Source: Candidatus Bathyarchaeota archaeon
GTDB lineage: Archaea; Thermoproteota; Bathyarchaeia; Bathyarchaeales; Bathycorpusculaceae
Direction: 5' to 3'
Assembly (NCBI GenBank): GCA_963717465.1
Contig: OY970340.1
Location: 2,240,001-2,304,000, forward strand
DNA: 64,000 bases
Shown: positions 41,716 to 51,690 of the stretch, piece by piece
Numbering within the stretch: position 1 is the first letter of the stretch
Layout of the letters: the number at the start of each line of letters is the position of its first letter
The notes under the pieces: model-generated
Told to the model about the DNA's origin: nothing
What the model saw: the letters and a program-made list of their open reading frames with translations, nothing else
Databases searched by the model: none
Translations under genes and position numbers: made by a program

Positions 41716-42717
41716 TTGAAAGAAAAAGCAACCGAAATTTTCATCATCGCACTCATAATTTTCGGAGTACTCATGGCAACGCTACTAACAAGCGCCTTTC
41801 TCCAAAATGGTATCGTAAAAAACAACCAAGACCTTGCCCAATCTTCACCTATTCCCACAGTAACTTCCACACCTTCAACCAATACTTCGAGTCCAACACC
41901 CACTGCATCGCCGACCCCAACCCCAACTTCTACATCAACACCCACCCCCACATCTTCCCCAACGCCAACTCCTGTTCCCACGACAAGCCCAACTCCTTCG
42001 CCAACAGCTACTCCGACGCCAAGTCCCACACCATCCCCATCAACGCCGAGTCAAGAAGATTCAATAAACTGGGCTGGATATATAGCAACTTTTAACCAGC
42101 AAAACCCTCAACCAACAGTAACAAGCGTCAGCGGTTCATGGGTTGTTCCAGCAGTTACGAATTCGACAAACGACACGTACTCATCAGTATGGATTGGCAT
42201 AGGAGGACAAAACGATTCAACCCTTATCCAATGCGGCACTGACCAATTATCGATCAACGGACAAGTAGAATACTTAGCCTGGTACGAACTATTACCAGCC
42301 CAATCAATAACAATAAACAACATAACTGTTTCAGCAGGAGATCAAATAGACGCTGAAATACAACTCGTAAACCAAACACAAAACCAATGGACAATAAACT
42401 TAACTGATACAACAGCCAACGAATCATTTCAAAAAAATGTATTCTACAATTCCAGCCAATTATCAGCTGAGTGGATAATCGAAAGACCAACCGTCGACGG
42501 CAACCTTTCACAACTAGCAAACTTCGGAAACATAACCTTCACAAACTGCACTGCAACCATCGGCTCCGTCAGTGGAGCAATCAACAATTTCTCTTCAAGC
42601 GAAATAATCATGTACTCCTCAACGCAAACGGAAAACTCAGCTACTCAACTAACTGATGTCTCGGATCTTGCTGATAACGGCGAAGAATTTACAATGACAT
42701 ATCTAGCACCCGCATAA
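41716..42717 (+). CDS. Membrane-anchored G1-family glutamic endopeptidase with Pro/Thr/Ser linker
   Basis: [28 protein letters not shown] (catalytic Gln), AWYELLP, SAEWIIE (catalytic Glu) and LANFG. Confidence 0.88.
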   Translation: MKEKATEIFIIALIIFGVLMATLLTSAFLQNGIVKNNQDLAQSSPIPTVTSTPSTNTSSPTPTASPTPTPTSTSTPTPTSSPTPTPVPTTSPTPSPTATPTPSPTPSPSTPSQEDSINWAGYIATFNQQNPQPTVTSVSGSWVVPAVTNSTNDTYSSVWIGIGGQNDSTLIQCGTDQLSINGQVEYLAWYELLPAQSITINNITVSAGDQIDAEIQLVNQTQNQWTINLTDTTANESFQKNVFYNSSQLSAEWIIERPTVDGNLSQLANFGNITFTNCTATIGSVSGAINNFSSSEIIMYSSTQTENSATQLTDVSDLADNGEEFTMTYLAPA

Positions 42718-43210
42718 AGAAAATGTAACGCTTCAAACTCTTGAAATTCAAGAGCCGATATTGACAAGCGTATTTGACTGCAAAACATGCTTGTTCACTT
42801 AAATTTTTGGCTTCGAACAACTATGTCGCAGAAAAGTACAGTTTTTACAACTTATGCCAAAGGTTCTAGCGTTCGTTCTTTTAAGCTTTCGTTGTCTTGA
42901 GCGTTGTTCTGTTCTACAGTTAAGACAAGACATCTGATTACTGTAGTTTCATCGCTAAATACTTCAAGAAACAATGGATTTTTTATAGTTATTTGTTGAC
43001 TTGTTCTACAGTTCATTTCTGCATTGAAACGTGTTGGATTTGACGGGTTTTGGATGTATTTGATGAGGGAAAATACTGTTTTTAACTACATATTCCTGTT
43101 TCTGAACTATTCTGATATTGCTTGGTTATGTGCGAGCTTTTAAATCGACCTTTATGCACTATAGTGACTCAATACAGCATATAATATAAAACTGAAGGAG
43201 CACCCGAAAA

Positions 43211-43594
43211 ATGATAAATAATCAAAAAGAAATCCAAGTAAAACTTACCAAAGGCTTACTAGACCTAATAACGCTCCAGCTATTAAACTCACAGCCCATG
43301 CATGGATACGAAATCATCCTTAAAATACGCAAAAGCTTCGGCGTCTACTTCGGCCCCAGCACAATCTATCCACTCTTATCAAGCCTTGAAAAGAAGAAAT
43401 ACATCGAAAGCAAATGGGACATGACCTATGAAAGACCAAGAAAAGTCTACCACCTAACCAACGAAGGCCAAGCCATGCTAAACTTCACAGAAAACTCACT
43501 AAACATGGTTATACACAGCCTAAAACCAACAGAAACAGCAAGAGTTAGCATTCAAGCCAGCCCTAAAATGCTCGCTAAAACAATAGTTCAATAG
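43211..43594 (+). CDS. PadR family transcriptional regulator
   Basis: PMHGYEI, STIYPLLSSLEKKKYI and RPRKVYHLT. Confidence 0.9.
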   Translation: MINNQKEIQVKLTKGLLDLITLQLLNSQPMHGYEIILKIRKSFGVYFGPSTIYPLLSSLEKKKYIESKWDMTYERPRKVYHLTNEGQAMLNFTENSLNMVIHSLKPTETARVSIQASPKMLAKTIVQ

Positions 43595-43906
43595 CTATGC
43601 TACAATTCACAGAGAGGTTCTTAAGCCGCTAAAATTTCCAACTCATTTAGTAGTAGGAAATATTTTTTGTTCATATGCTTAGTCTTATATCCAGCTAAAA
43701 GTAGAAGTAAACTTCATTCGTGATTAGGGCTAAAATCACCGTCGACAGGTTCACCGCAAGCATCACAAGCAGCCTTTGTCTATCGTTACTTTCAGGATTG
43801 TTTTTGTGCAGTTATGACTTTTAGAGTTTTTGATGTAATTCATGCAAATAGGTTAACTAAAAATGTAGAGTGTATACCTGAAAAATGAATGAAATAAGGT
43901 CAGCTA

Positions 43907-44374
43907 TTAAATTGAATGGAGCCAGCCACGCCCATTTTTTTTAATTTGCCGTGCAATTGGTTTCTCAGGAATTAACGATGTAGCAGGTTTGTTGAGCGGT
44001 TTCTTTTGAATCGGAACCTGCGTTCGTATGAATTTGTGCCAGCCGCCAACGTTAACGTTTGGTTGAACAAAGCGATCTGGATTTTCGATTTTCTGCTGCT
44101 CCAGAATTTCCTTAAAATTTAAGGGCTTAAAATCCCTAATCGCAAAAATAACAGTGCCTCGGTCGATCTGTAAAGTTTCATAATGACTTAACGATATATC
44201 TTCAGCTCTAACCTTGTCGCTGAAACGTTCGGTCCATAAAAGTTTCCATTCAGCCCGAAGCTCCTCAACCAACTTCTTTTCAAACTCAATCTTATTCTTA
44301 TAAGAGCTAACGTCAAAAGCCTCAGGTGAACTATTATGAACCTGCAAATACCAACGCTCCATCAAAGCAACCAT
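43907..44374 (-). CDS. Hypothetical protein
   Basis: 155-aa ORF with plausible composition and an upstream GGAG; no family recognised. Confidence 0.65.
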   Translation of the reverse strand: MVALMERWYLQVHNSSPEAFDVSSYKNKIEFEKKLVEELRAEWKLLWTERFSDKVRAEDISLSHYETLQIDRGTVIFAIRDFKPLNFKEILEQQKIENPDRFVQPNVNVGGWHKFIRTQVPIQKKPLNKPATSLIPEKPIARQIKKNGRGWLHSI

Positions 44375-44544
44375 TTACTCCGAGTATTTAACAATTGTTT
44401 CTAGAAAAAGAAAATACTCTCTATTAGAAATTCAATCGTTTTGTCCATAACAAAATATGAAAAATAAGCAAAATTCAAGCTTTTACAGGATACAAAAGAT
44501 ATGCTTATCTTTTATTTATTGACAATTAGTAATAGGCTTAATAC

Positions 44545-46087
44545 ATGCAAAAATTGCGATCAGAAAATGAAATTATAACAAGTAGAGAAATGCGTGCATT
44601 AGAAAGCAACGCACAATATTTCGGAATATCATTGCTTCAACTTATGGAGAATGCTGGACGCCGCATCGCGCTTGAAACCGCTTCGCGGATTCAAAAAGAT
44701 GGTGAAGTAGTGGTTTTTTGCGGTTTAGGCGGAAACGGCGGGGACGGTTTTGTGGCTGCAAGGCACCTCTTAACTATGGGTTTTAGGGTTAAGGTTGTTC
44801 TTGTTGGAAAGAATCGTGATATAAATCATGAGGCAGCGCTTAAAAAACTGGGTTATTCTTAAATCGCTGCGTGAAAAAATGCCTTTACTCGAAGTGGGTG
44901 ACAGTTCAAGTATTCCTAAAGTCACCGCTGATGTAGTTATTGATGCGTTGTTAGGCACGGGAACTAAAGGGAAACTTAAGCCGCCAATAGCTCAAATTGT
45001 CGATTACATAAACTCGTTGGATGCGTTTAAAATTGCAGTTGACGTTCCTACAGGAATTGATTCCGATACAGGCGAAGTTTTGGGAACAGCAGTTAAAGCA
45101 AACTTGACTGTCACATTCCACAAGCAAAAAGCAGGTTTACAAAAAGCTAAGGAACACGCTGGCGAAGTTATTGTAAGAGACATTGGTTTACCAGATGAGA
45201 TGGAAGAGTATGCAGGCCCAGGCGATGTATTGCTGGTTGTGAAGCCTCGGATTTCAACGAGTCATAAAGGCGATTTTGGACGATTATTAGTAATTGGCGG
45301 AAGCCAAGTTTTTTCAGGAGCACCAACGCTTGTGTCTTTAGCTGCTTTGCGGACAGGAATCGACATTGCGTATCTTGCGGCTCCGGAAAGAACTGCTTAT
45401 GCGATTTCTTCGATGTCGCCTGATTTGATAACAGTGAAACTTGTAGGCGACAACCTGAACCCAAGATGCATACCTACGTTGAAGCCGTATTTGGATGTTG
45501 TTGATGCGGTTGCTATGGGTCCAGGATTAGGATTGCAGCCTGAAACCGTCGAGTTCACTAAACAATGCATTAGCATGATTGAAAAGGCTGGGAAACCTTT
45601 GCTGTTGGATGCTGATGGCTTGAAAGCTTTTGCGAGGTTTAAGCGGCCATTAAAGGTTCCTTTTGTTCTCACACCACATGCTGGAGAATACGCAATATTA
45701 ACGGGTGAAAAATTACCTGAAAACATGCAAGAACGCGTCATTGAAATCAAAAAAACTGCTAAAAGTCTCAATGCGACTATCCTGGTGAAGGGGAAAGTTG
45801 ATGTGATATGCAGTGCGGAAAAGTCGAAGTTGAATTTTACAGGTAATCCAGGAATGACTGTTGGCGGCACTGGCGATGTTCTTTCAGGAATAGTCGGCGC
45901 ATTGCTTGCTCAAAAGGTTGATCCGTTTGAAGCGGCTGTTGCTGGAGCTTTTGTAAACGGTGCTGCAGGCGATTTCGTTGCTAGTCAAGTTGGTTTTCAC
46001 ATGTTGGCAACTGATGTTATTGAGCGAATTCCAAGTGTTTTGGATGATCCGATGAGTCATTTAAGGGTGCAAAAATCAAGTGAATGA
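44545..46087 (+). CDS. nnr: Bifunctional NAD(P)H-hydrate epimerase/dehydratase, indel in A-run near 44842
   Basis: LMENAG, GGNGGDGFVAARHL, DALLGTG, VDVPTG, SHKGDFG, GPGLG, LDADGL, LTPHAGE and GGTGDVL. Confidence 0.92.
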
Positions 46088-46630
46088 GGAAACAGGCAAA
46101 GACACATTTGATCGACAGTAAGCCGAGAATTACTATTTATCATGCAGCGCAGTGTGATCCAAAAAAATGCACGGGGTTACGTCTAAAGCGTCGTGGGTTG
46201 GCTAGAATCGTTACTAAAACGCGGTTTTTGCCTAAACGTGCAGTTGTGCTTAATCCGTTTAGTGAGATAGCGTTTTCTCCAGCAGATAAACAAAGAATTA
46301 GTGATTTCGGTATTGTTGCGTTGGATTGCAGTTGGGAGCATGCGCAGAAAGTTTTGAAGCGGCATGTGAAGGGGACGAGCCGTTGTTTGCCATTTCTTGA
46401 TTGCTGGTAACCCTGTTAATTTTGGCAAAGCAACCAAATTATCGACTGCTGAGGCAATCTCTGCTGCTTTGTACATTGCTGGTTTTAAGCAGGAAGCAAT
46501 GGATTTGCTTTCGATTTTCACGTGGGGGCACAGTTTTTATGAATTAAACGAAAAGTTGCTTGATAATTACTCTGAAGCTAAAGATAGCTCTGAAATAGTT
46601 GAAATGCAGACTAAATTTCTGCAAGGTTAA
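46084..46630 (+). CDS. tsr3: rRNA aminocarboxypropyltransferase (DUF367), indel near 46393
   Basis: QCDPKKCTG, ALDCSW, RCLP..AGNPVNFGK..KLSTAEA and FTWGHSF. Confidence 0.92.
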
Positions 46631-46652
46631 GCGGTAAGTTTGGGGTGCAGAC

Positions 46653-47291
46653 TTGGTATTAATAGCTAACTTTTATTTGTTTTTGCTTTCAGTCATGGTT
46701 ATTTCTTTATCAGGCGTTTTAATGCCTGGACCATTGTTCGCTGTTACGCTTAAGAAGGCAGCGACAAACAAAAAGGCTGGTGCATTAATTGCCATTGGAC
46801 ATGGGATAGTGGAGTTCCCATTGATGTTTTTGATCTTTTTTGTTTTAAGCCAGTTCAATGTTCCCTTGTTAGTTCAAGTAACAGTGGGATTGATCGGTGG
46901 CTTGCTGATGATATTTATGGGCTTTCAGGCTTTTAGAAACAGGCATAAAAATGAAAATGCATTGAATGATTCGAAGATGGATTCCGTGGTTGCTGGAGTC
47001 CGGACAACAGCGATAAATGCAGGTTTCATTCTGTGGTGGTTAACCGTTGGAACGACATTGATATTGAACGCTAAAATTTTTGGTTTGCTTGGATTTGGCG
47101 TGTTCGCTGGAGTTCATTGGAGTATTGATTTCTTATGGTACACAACAGTTGCATATGGAATTTTTAAATCCCAAAGATTTTGGACAGAACATGTTAAAAT
47201 GGGTATTACTCTGTTCTGTGTTGCAGTCTTTATCGGTTTTGGAGCATACTTTTTTGGTTCAGCCCTATGGTCAATCCCCTCAATAGTGTAA
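46653..47291 (+). CDS. LysE family transporter
   Basis: SGVLMPGP, GHGIVE and WWLTVG; 6 TM helices. Confidence 0.85.
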   Translation: MVLIANFYLFLLSVMVISLSGVLMPGPLFAVTLKKAATNKKAGALIAIGHGIVEFPLMFLIFFVLSQFNVPLLVQVTVGLIGGLLMIFMGFQAFRNRHKNENALNDSKMDSVVAGVRTTAINAGFILWWLTVGTTLILNAKIFGLLGFGVFAGVHWSIDFLWYTTVAYGIFKSQRFWTEHVKMGITLFCVAVFIGFGAYFFGSALWSIPSIV

Positions 47292-47300
47292 GGTGAAAAA

Positions 47301-47867
47301 ATGTCAGCGGAGTTTAAAGTTGGAAAAGCCGTCTTGAAATTCATAAAAGATGATATAACTAATGTCAATGTGGATGCAATAGTTAACGCTGCAAACTCAA
47401 CACTTATGGGTGGAGGTGGCGTTGACGGTGCAATTCATGCTAAGGGTGGACCAAAAATTCTTGAAGAATGCAAAAAGATACGTGCAACAAAGTATCCTGA
47501 TGGGCTTCCGACTGGGATGGCAGTATATCTACTTCTGGGGGTAACATGTTGGCTAGGCATGTTATTCATACTGTTGGTCCAGTTTGGCATGGTGGGATTA
47601 AACGGGGAACCTGAACTTTTAAGACAGGCTTACCAGAATTCACTTCAACTCGCGGTTTCTATGGGGCTTAAATCAGTTGCTTTTCCCTCTATCAGTACAG
47701 GGGCTTATGGTTACCCGATTGAACTTGCAAGTAAGATAGCTGTTGGAGCTGTCAAGGACTTTTTGGAGAAAGAGGATAATCTTGAGGAAGTCGTTTTTGT
47801 GTTGTATTCTGAACGCGATTTTCAAGTTTATTTTGGCTTTGCAAAGTCGGTTTTATTAGAAAATTGA
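47301..47867 (+). CDS. Macro domain (O-acetyl-ADP-ribose deacetylase-like) protein; compensating indels at about 47525-47596
   Basis: DITx..DAIVNAANSTLMGGGGVDGAIH and AFPSISTGAYGYP. HVIHTVGPVW lies in an alternative frame. Confidence 0.9.
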   Translation: MSAEFKVGKAVLKFIKDDITNVNVDAIVNAANSTLMGGGGVDGAIHAKGGPKILEECKKIRATKYPDGLPTGMAVYLLLGVTCWLGMLFILLVQFGMVGLNGEPELLRQAYQNSLQLAVSMGLKSVAFPSISTGAYGYPIELASKIAVGAVKDFLEKEDNLEEVVFVLYSERDFQVYFGFAKSVLLEN

Positions 47868-47979
47868 CATTTTTCTCATCGAAATACAGGGAAAAGAAGC
47901 CTAATTTGAGGTTTTTTTCATTAAGAATAGAAAATCTTTTATGCTAAATCATGCGTAACTTGGTTCTGAGGGTAATGCG

Positions 47980-48144
47980 ATGGCAAAATGCCCAAGTTGT
48001 GGAAAAGAAGTTAAAACCGCAAAAAAAACCTGGAAGATGGCTGGCAAACCAGACAAAAAAGGAAACCGAACACAATTAACAATCGGCCTGTATGAATGCT
48101 GTGATAAAACTTTCAGGCAAGTCTTAGATAAGAAAAAAATCTAA
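47980..48144 (+). CDS. creN7: Cren7-like small basic chromatin protein with zinc-ribbon cysteines (54 aa)
   Basis: Below the ORF-track cutoff. MAKCPSCGKEVKTAKKTWKMAGKPDKKGNRTQLTIGLYECCDKTFRQVLDKKKI follows the Cren7 pattern K-x-W-x-(L/M)-A...IGL(F/Y)...FR. TTTTAT box at about 47937 and a downstream T-run. Confidence 0.78.
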   Translation: MAKCPSCGKEVKTAKKTWKMAGKPDKKGNRTQLTIGLYECCDKTFRQVLDKKKI

Positions 48145-48315
48145 AAAAAAACTCCCATTACTTTTTTATTTTTAAAGCCTTAAAAATTTTAAAAAGATGT
48201 TGTTGGCTGCTTTCTTAATTTGTAAATAAGTTAGATGCAAAAGAAGCATTAAGTATTGTTTGATAGAAAACGATATTAACGCCTATTCTTAACTGGCTTC
48301 AGGGGATAGGAGCAA

Positions 48316-48765
48316 ATGGTAGAGAGTATTAATCCGTCAATAGACCTTACTCATTGGCTACTTCGATTATTGGCTTACGTCATCGATTCGATAATAGTTG
48401 GCATCGTATCTTTCGCAATATCGTTGGCCTTTAGAGGGCAATTAATTACCGTATTACTCTTGGCTTGGGTGGTACTTTCAATGGTTTATTTCATTCTCTT
48501 AGACATCTACTGGGGCACAACAGTAGGTAAAAAAATAATGGGTTTAGCTGTACAGTTGGAAAAAGGCGGCAGAGTATCCTTCATGCCGTCTTTAATTCGC
48601 AACATAAGCAAAATCTTCATACTGCTCCCAGTACTGGATTGGGTAATAGCAATGGTAACCAGTGGAGAAGACCGACAACAAAAATTCAGTGACCGCTTTG
48701 CACAAACCACAGTCGTTCAAACAAGACAAATAGTCCAACATGCTAATCCACCACCACCTCCATAA
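48316..48765 (+). CDS. RDD family membrane protein
   Basis: RLLAYVIDS, GTTVGKKIMGL, RN and QKFSDRFAQTTVV. Confidence 0.88.
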   Translation: MVESINPSIDLTHWLLRLLAYVIDSIIVGIVSFAISLAFRGQLITVLLLAWVVLSMVYFILLDIYWGTTVGKKIMGLAVQLEKGGRVSFMPSLIRNISKIFILLPVLDWVIAMVTSGEDRQQKFSDRFAQTTVVQTRQIVQHANPPPPP

Positions 48766-48915
48766 GAAATCCACGCAAGTCAAAATCCTTTTTTCTATAA
48801 AGAATTTCCAACATTGTTTTAGCAGTTTGCCATCGTTTTATTATTGTTTCATGATAAGCTTCTTTTTTCATCTTGTGCATTATGTTTATCACGTTTAACG
48901 ATGGAATTGAAAGGT

Positions 48916-48950
48916 GGGAATGATGTCGCCGTCCAGCCTTTAGGGCAAAG
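48916..48950 (+). pseudogene. Decayed partial copy of the C/D-box sRNA (5' half only)
   Basis: GGGAATGATGTCGCCGTCC-AGCCT--TTAGGGCAAAG aligns to 50286-50322. D' box disrupted; no C' or D. Confidence 0.6.
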
Positions 48951-49173
48951 TAATTTCTTACTCTTTCAAACTGTTTGTTTACTTATTTTAATACCTGTGT
49001 TGTTATTGTTGCAATCTAGTTATAAGCTTTTTAAAAGTTCATGTTTTTATTCCTCGTTCTTTGAAGCGTCCTAGACCTTGTGTGTCGAGAAAATACTCGC
49101 CAAGCAAGTTAGGCAACGTTTTTTATACAAGATTAAAGAATACAATGAAATCAAAATTATTGAAGGGCATGCA

Positions 49174-49647
49174 TTGAAGAAATCGCTAATAATCTTTGTC
49201 GTTGCTATTTCGTTGCCTCTGGTTCTTGTCTTGCTTTCTTTTCTTGAGTTTACAATAATAACATATTTCACATCGCCCGCATCGATTTCCGCTTTCCCAT
49301 CCTTAATGGATACCGAAAGCAAAGCGTTTAGTTTGCTTAATCTTCTAGTAGGTACTTTTGGTGCTTTTGCATTGTTCTATTTCTTAGGTATAAAAACCAA
49401 AACAAAAGTTGTTAAATCTGTTACTTTGGCTTTGTTTATTGGGTTGTTAGTAGGGTTATTAGTAGGTGAGGTCATAACAGTTGCATCAATTTATATTTTC
49501 TATGGAGTTTTTTCATGGGTCCCCTCTATCGAATTATATATTGTTGATATTTCAGGACTGCTTAGTGGTGTTTTTGGATTATTCTTTCCTGCTCTCGTGG
49601 CTTTATTATTCGTTGATTTAAGAGAAAGAAAGTCACATAACAACTAA
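49174..49647 (+). CDS. Hypothetical membrane protein (about 4 TM)
   Basis: Hydrophobic helices. The TTG start at 49174 is preferred over the ORF-track start at 49078. Confidence 0.65.
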   Translation: MKKSLIIFVVAISLPLVLVLLSFLEFTIITYFTSPASISAFPSLMDTESKAFSLLNLLVGTFGAFALFYFLGIKTKTKVVKSVTLALFIGLLVGLLVGEVITVASIYIFYGVFSWVPSIELYIVDISGLLSGVFGLFFPALVALLFVDLRERKSHNN

Positions 49648-49719
49648 TCATCTTAGTTCATAATATCTTTCGTTGCAGTTTGTTGTGCGGGCACATAAAA
49701 CGATAAGGTAGTACTAACT

Positions 49720-49962
49720 TTACCCTCTAGATTCATAGATTATTATATAATCCGATTTAATTTCCATAATTAAATCATGACCTTCAACTATTTTTCTTAA
49801 GCAACCGATATTTTCGTTAGAAAAATTTCCTTTAATATTGATATGATATCCCATGAAGGATGGCTTAGCCTTCTGCGGTAATAAAGTAAAGGTGCTGCCT
49901 TCCAAAGTAGGGCATCTATCGACGATTTCTCTTAATAAAATAGCCACTTCAGCTAATTGCAT
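49720..49962 (-). CDS. Small hypothetical protein
   Basis: 80-aa ORF with ATG start and an AT-rich upstream region. Confidence 0.55.
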   Translation of the reverse strand: MQLAEVAILLREIVDRCPTLEGSTFTLLPQKAKPSFMGYHINIKGNFSNENIGCLRKIVEGHDLIMEIKSDYIIIYESRG

Positions 49963-50244
49963 AAGGTAGTTATGGTTTACTAATTTCTAAGTCTTTCTAA
50001 ATATGCTGACGCGCGCTCTTCTGAACTAAGCCTCTACAACATTTAAAATGTTATTATATTACAGAGTGACAATTCTAGAGACTTTGAAATGTAGAAAAAG
50101 GGCTATATTTCTGATTTTGGAGGGAAAATTCAAAACATATGACGATGTGCAAAAACAGAGTTCTTAGTTTTCCTATATCTCGGAGTTGTTCGTTTACTTG
50201 TTCTGGTTTTATTTTTTGTTTATTCACTTTTCTTCACCTTTCCA

Positions 50245-50259
50245 CGAAAGCCCTTTTAT
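50245..50259 (+). promoter_or_regulatory. BRE/TATA promoter of the C/D sRNA
   Basis: CGAAAG-CCC-TTTTAT about 25 nt upstream of the sRNA 5' stem. Confidence 0.6.
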
Positions 50260-50284
50260 GAGACTGGGATGCTGTTGTATAAGC

Positions 50285-50349
50285 GGGGGATGATGTCGCC
50301 GTCCCAGTCTGATTAGGGAAAGATGAAGAATTCATGACGGACAGACCCC
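50285..50349 (+). ncRNA. Archaeal C/D-box guide sRNA; D' guide predicted to direct 23S rRNA Gm2251 (E. coli numbering)
   Basis: GGGG stem, C box ATGATG (50290), guide TCGCCGTCCCAGT, D' CTGA (50309), C' ATGAAGA (50323), guide ATTCATGACGGA, D-like CAGA (50342), CCCC stem. Confidence 0.8.
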
Positions 50350-50404
50350 TAAGTAATTAACTTAATAAAAAAATGATTTAGTTGAAGAAGACTTTCATGG
50401 GTTT

Positions 50405-50854
50405 CTAATGTATCATGCAATTAATCATTTCGGTGCATGTTAAGCATTCATCAGGAACAGGGCTGTCTTTTGGGCGATTTTTCAGGTATCCTGCTTGGTG
50501 ATTGCAGCCTGGAGGTTTTGGCTTGTTTTCATTAACATTATTTGCTTCAGTGAGTTCCTCTTCATTTTCTATTTCGTTTTCTGAAAAAGTTTCTTCAGGT
50601 TCTATTGCTTTGTTTTCTATTATCTTGCTGTCTTCCTCAAAATCCTCAGTTATTTCATTTTTTGGGGTTTCACATGTTTTCTTTTCGTCTATGTCTTTAA
50701 TTTTTGCTAGGCAATATGGGCAACCATAGTATTCTTCCATGATGAAGCCTGAATTGACCACTGTGAAAAGCAGTTTATTTATTTCTATGCCGCAATTCGG
50801 GCATATGGAGTTCTCAGTTTTTTCGTGTGTTAACATCTGAAGGTCTTGTTGCAT
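50405..50854 (-). CDS. Hypothetical protein with two Cys-rich zinc-binding-like modules and an acidic linker
   Basis: CPNC...CPYC; CNH..GYL..RPK...PDECLTC....C. Confidence 0.7.
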   Translation of the reverse strand: MQQDLQMLTHEKTENSICPNCGIEINKLLFTVVNSGFIMEEYYGCPYCLAKIKDIDEKKTCETPKNEITEDFEEDSKIIENKAIEPEETFSENEIENEEELTEANNVNENKPKPPGCNHQAGYLKNRPKDSPVPDECLTCTEMINCMIH

Positions 50855-51148
50855 TTTGAGAGGAATGGTATGTTTAATTTCTATCCGCTCCTAAACGGCT
50901 ACCTAAAGTAAATCTTAATATTTAATAAACCTTGTTGCCTACCCGTTGAACGCCTAAACAATTAAAAAAGTATCCAGAATAAAAAACAAGAATCCAATTG
51001 CTGAAATCGAGCCTAAAAACAGCCAGACCAATTATTTGACTAAAGACTAACAAATTCAGTAAAGCATGAATAAATAGCTTCGTTCAAAAGCACAATTTAG
51101 TTTTCTAAATGCTGCAGAGATTAAAAGAAAAAACAAGTTTAACAAAAA

Positions 51149-51586
51149 TTGCAAAAGCTAATAAATAATGAACAGAAAATAGTCAATAGAATTATCAAGG
51201 TAAAATTGATGGTTGAAAAGAACAGTTTTGTGTTTCGAAAAGGCAAAATTGGTGAAAAACTGCCCTCAGTTTGTCTACAAGACAAAAACCTTGCACCAGA
51301 CTTTGTTTTGGAACTAAATGGAAAATTAACAGTAACCGCTTGCACCATGGGCATCGATAATCACATCTACGCAATCAGTTCATTCGATGAGAACAAAGAT
51401 TACATCACAAAATTTCTCGAGTTATGGGAAGAGTATACACGAAATAAGAAACATCCAGAGTTAATAGTTTCTCACATCAAGGATAGCACCCTAGAACAAA
51501 TCTTAGTGGATAAAAGAAAATTTAGTCGAATATTCGAAGATGACAGAGGAAAAGTCTACCTAAAAGACCTGACAGCAAAAACCTAA
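51149..51586 (+). CDS. Hypothetical protein (start possibly 51209)
   Basis: ORF with normal composition; no family recognised. Confidence 0.55.
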   Translation: MQKLINNEQKIVNRIIKVKLMVEKNSFVFRKGKIGEKLPSVCLQDKNLAPDFVLELNGKLTVTACTMGIDNHIYAISSFDENKDYITKFLELWEEYTRNKKHPELIVSHIKDSTLEQILVDKRKFSRIFEDDRGKVYLKDLTAKT

Positions 51587-51690
51587 ACGTTAAACAATTG
51601 CCAAAAACCCCTCAGAATAAACAATAATCTACAATTAACTCTCGAAAGCCAAACGTCATGCTGATCGCTGAAAAAAAGTGATTTTCTTTT

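Noticed and set aside
48844..49074. 76-aa ORF
   Set aside because: It overlaps the decayed sRNA copy and a T-rich intergenic tract; no coding support.
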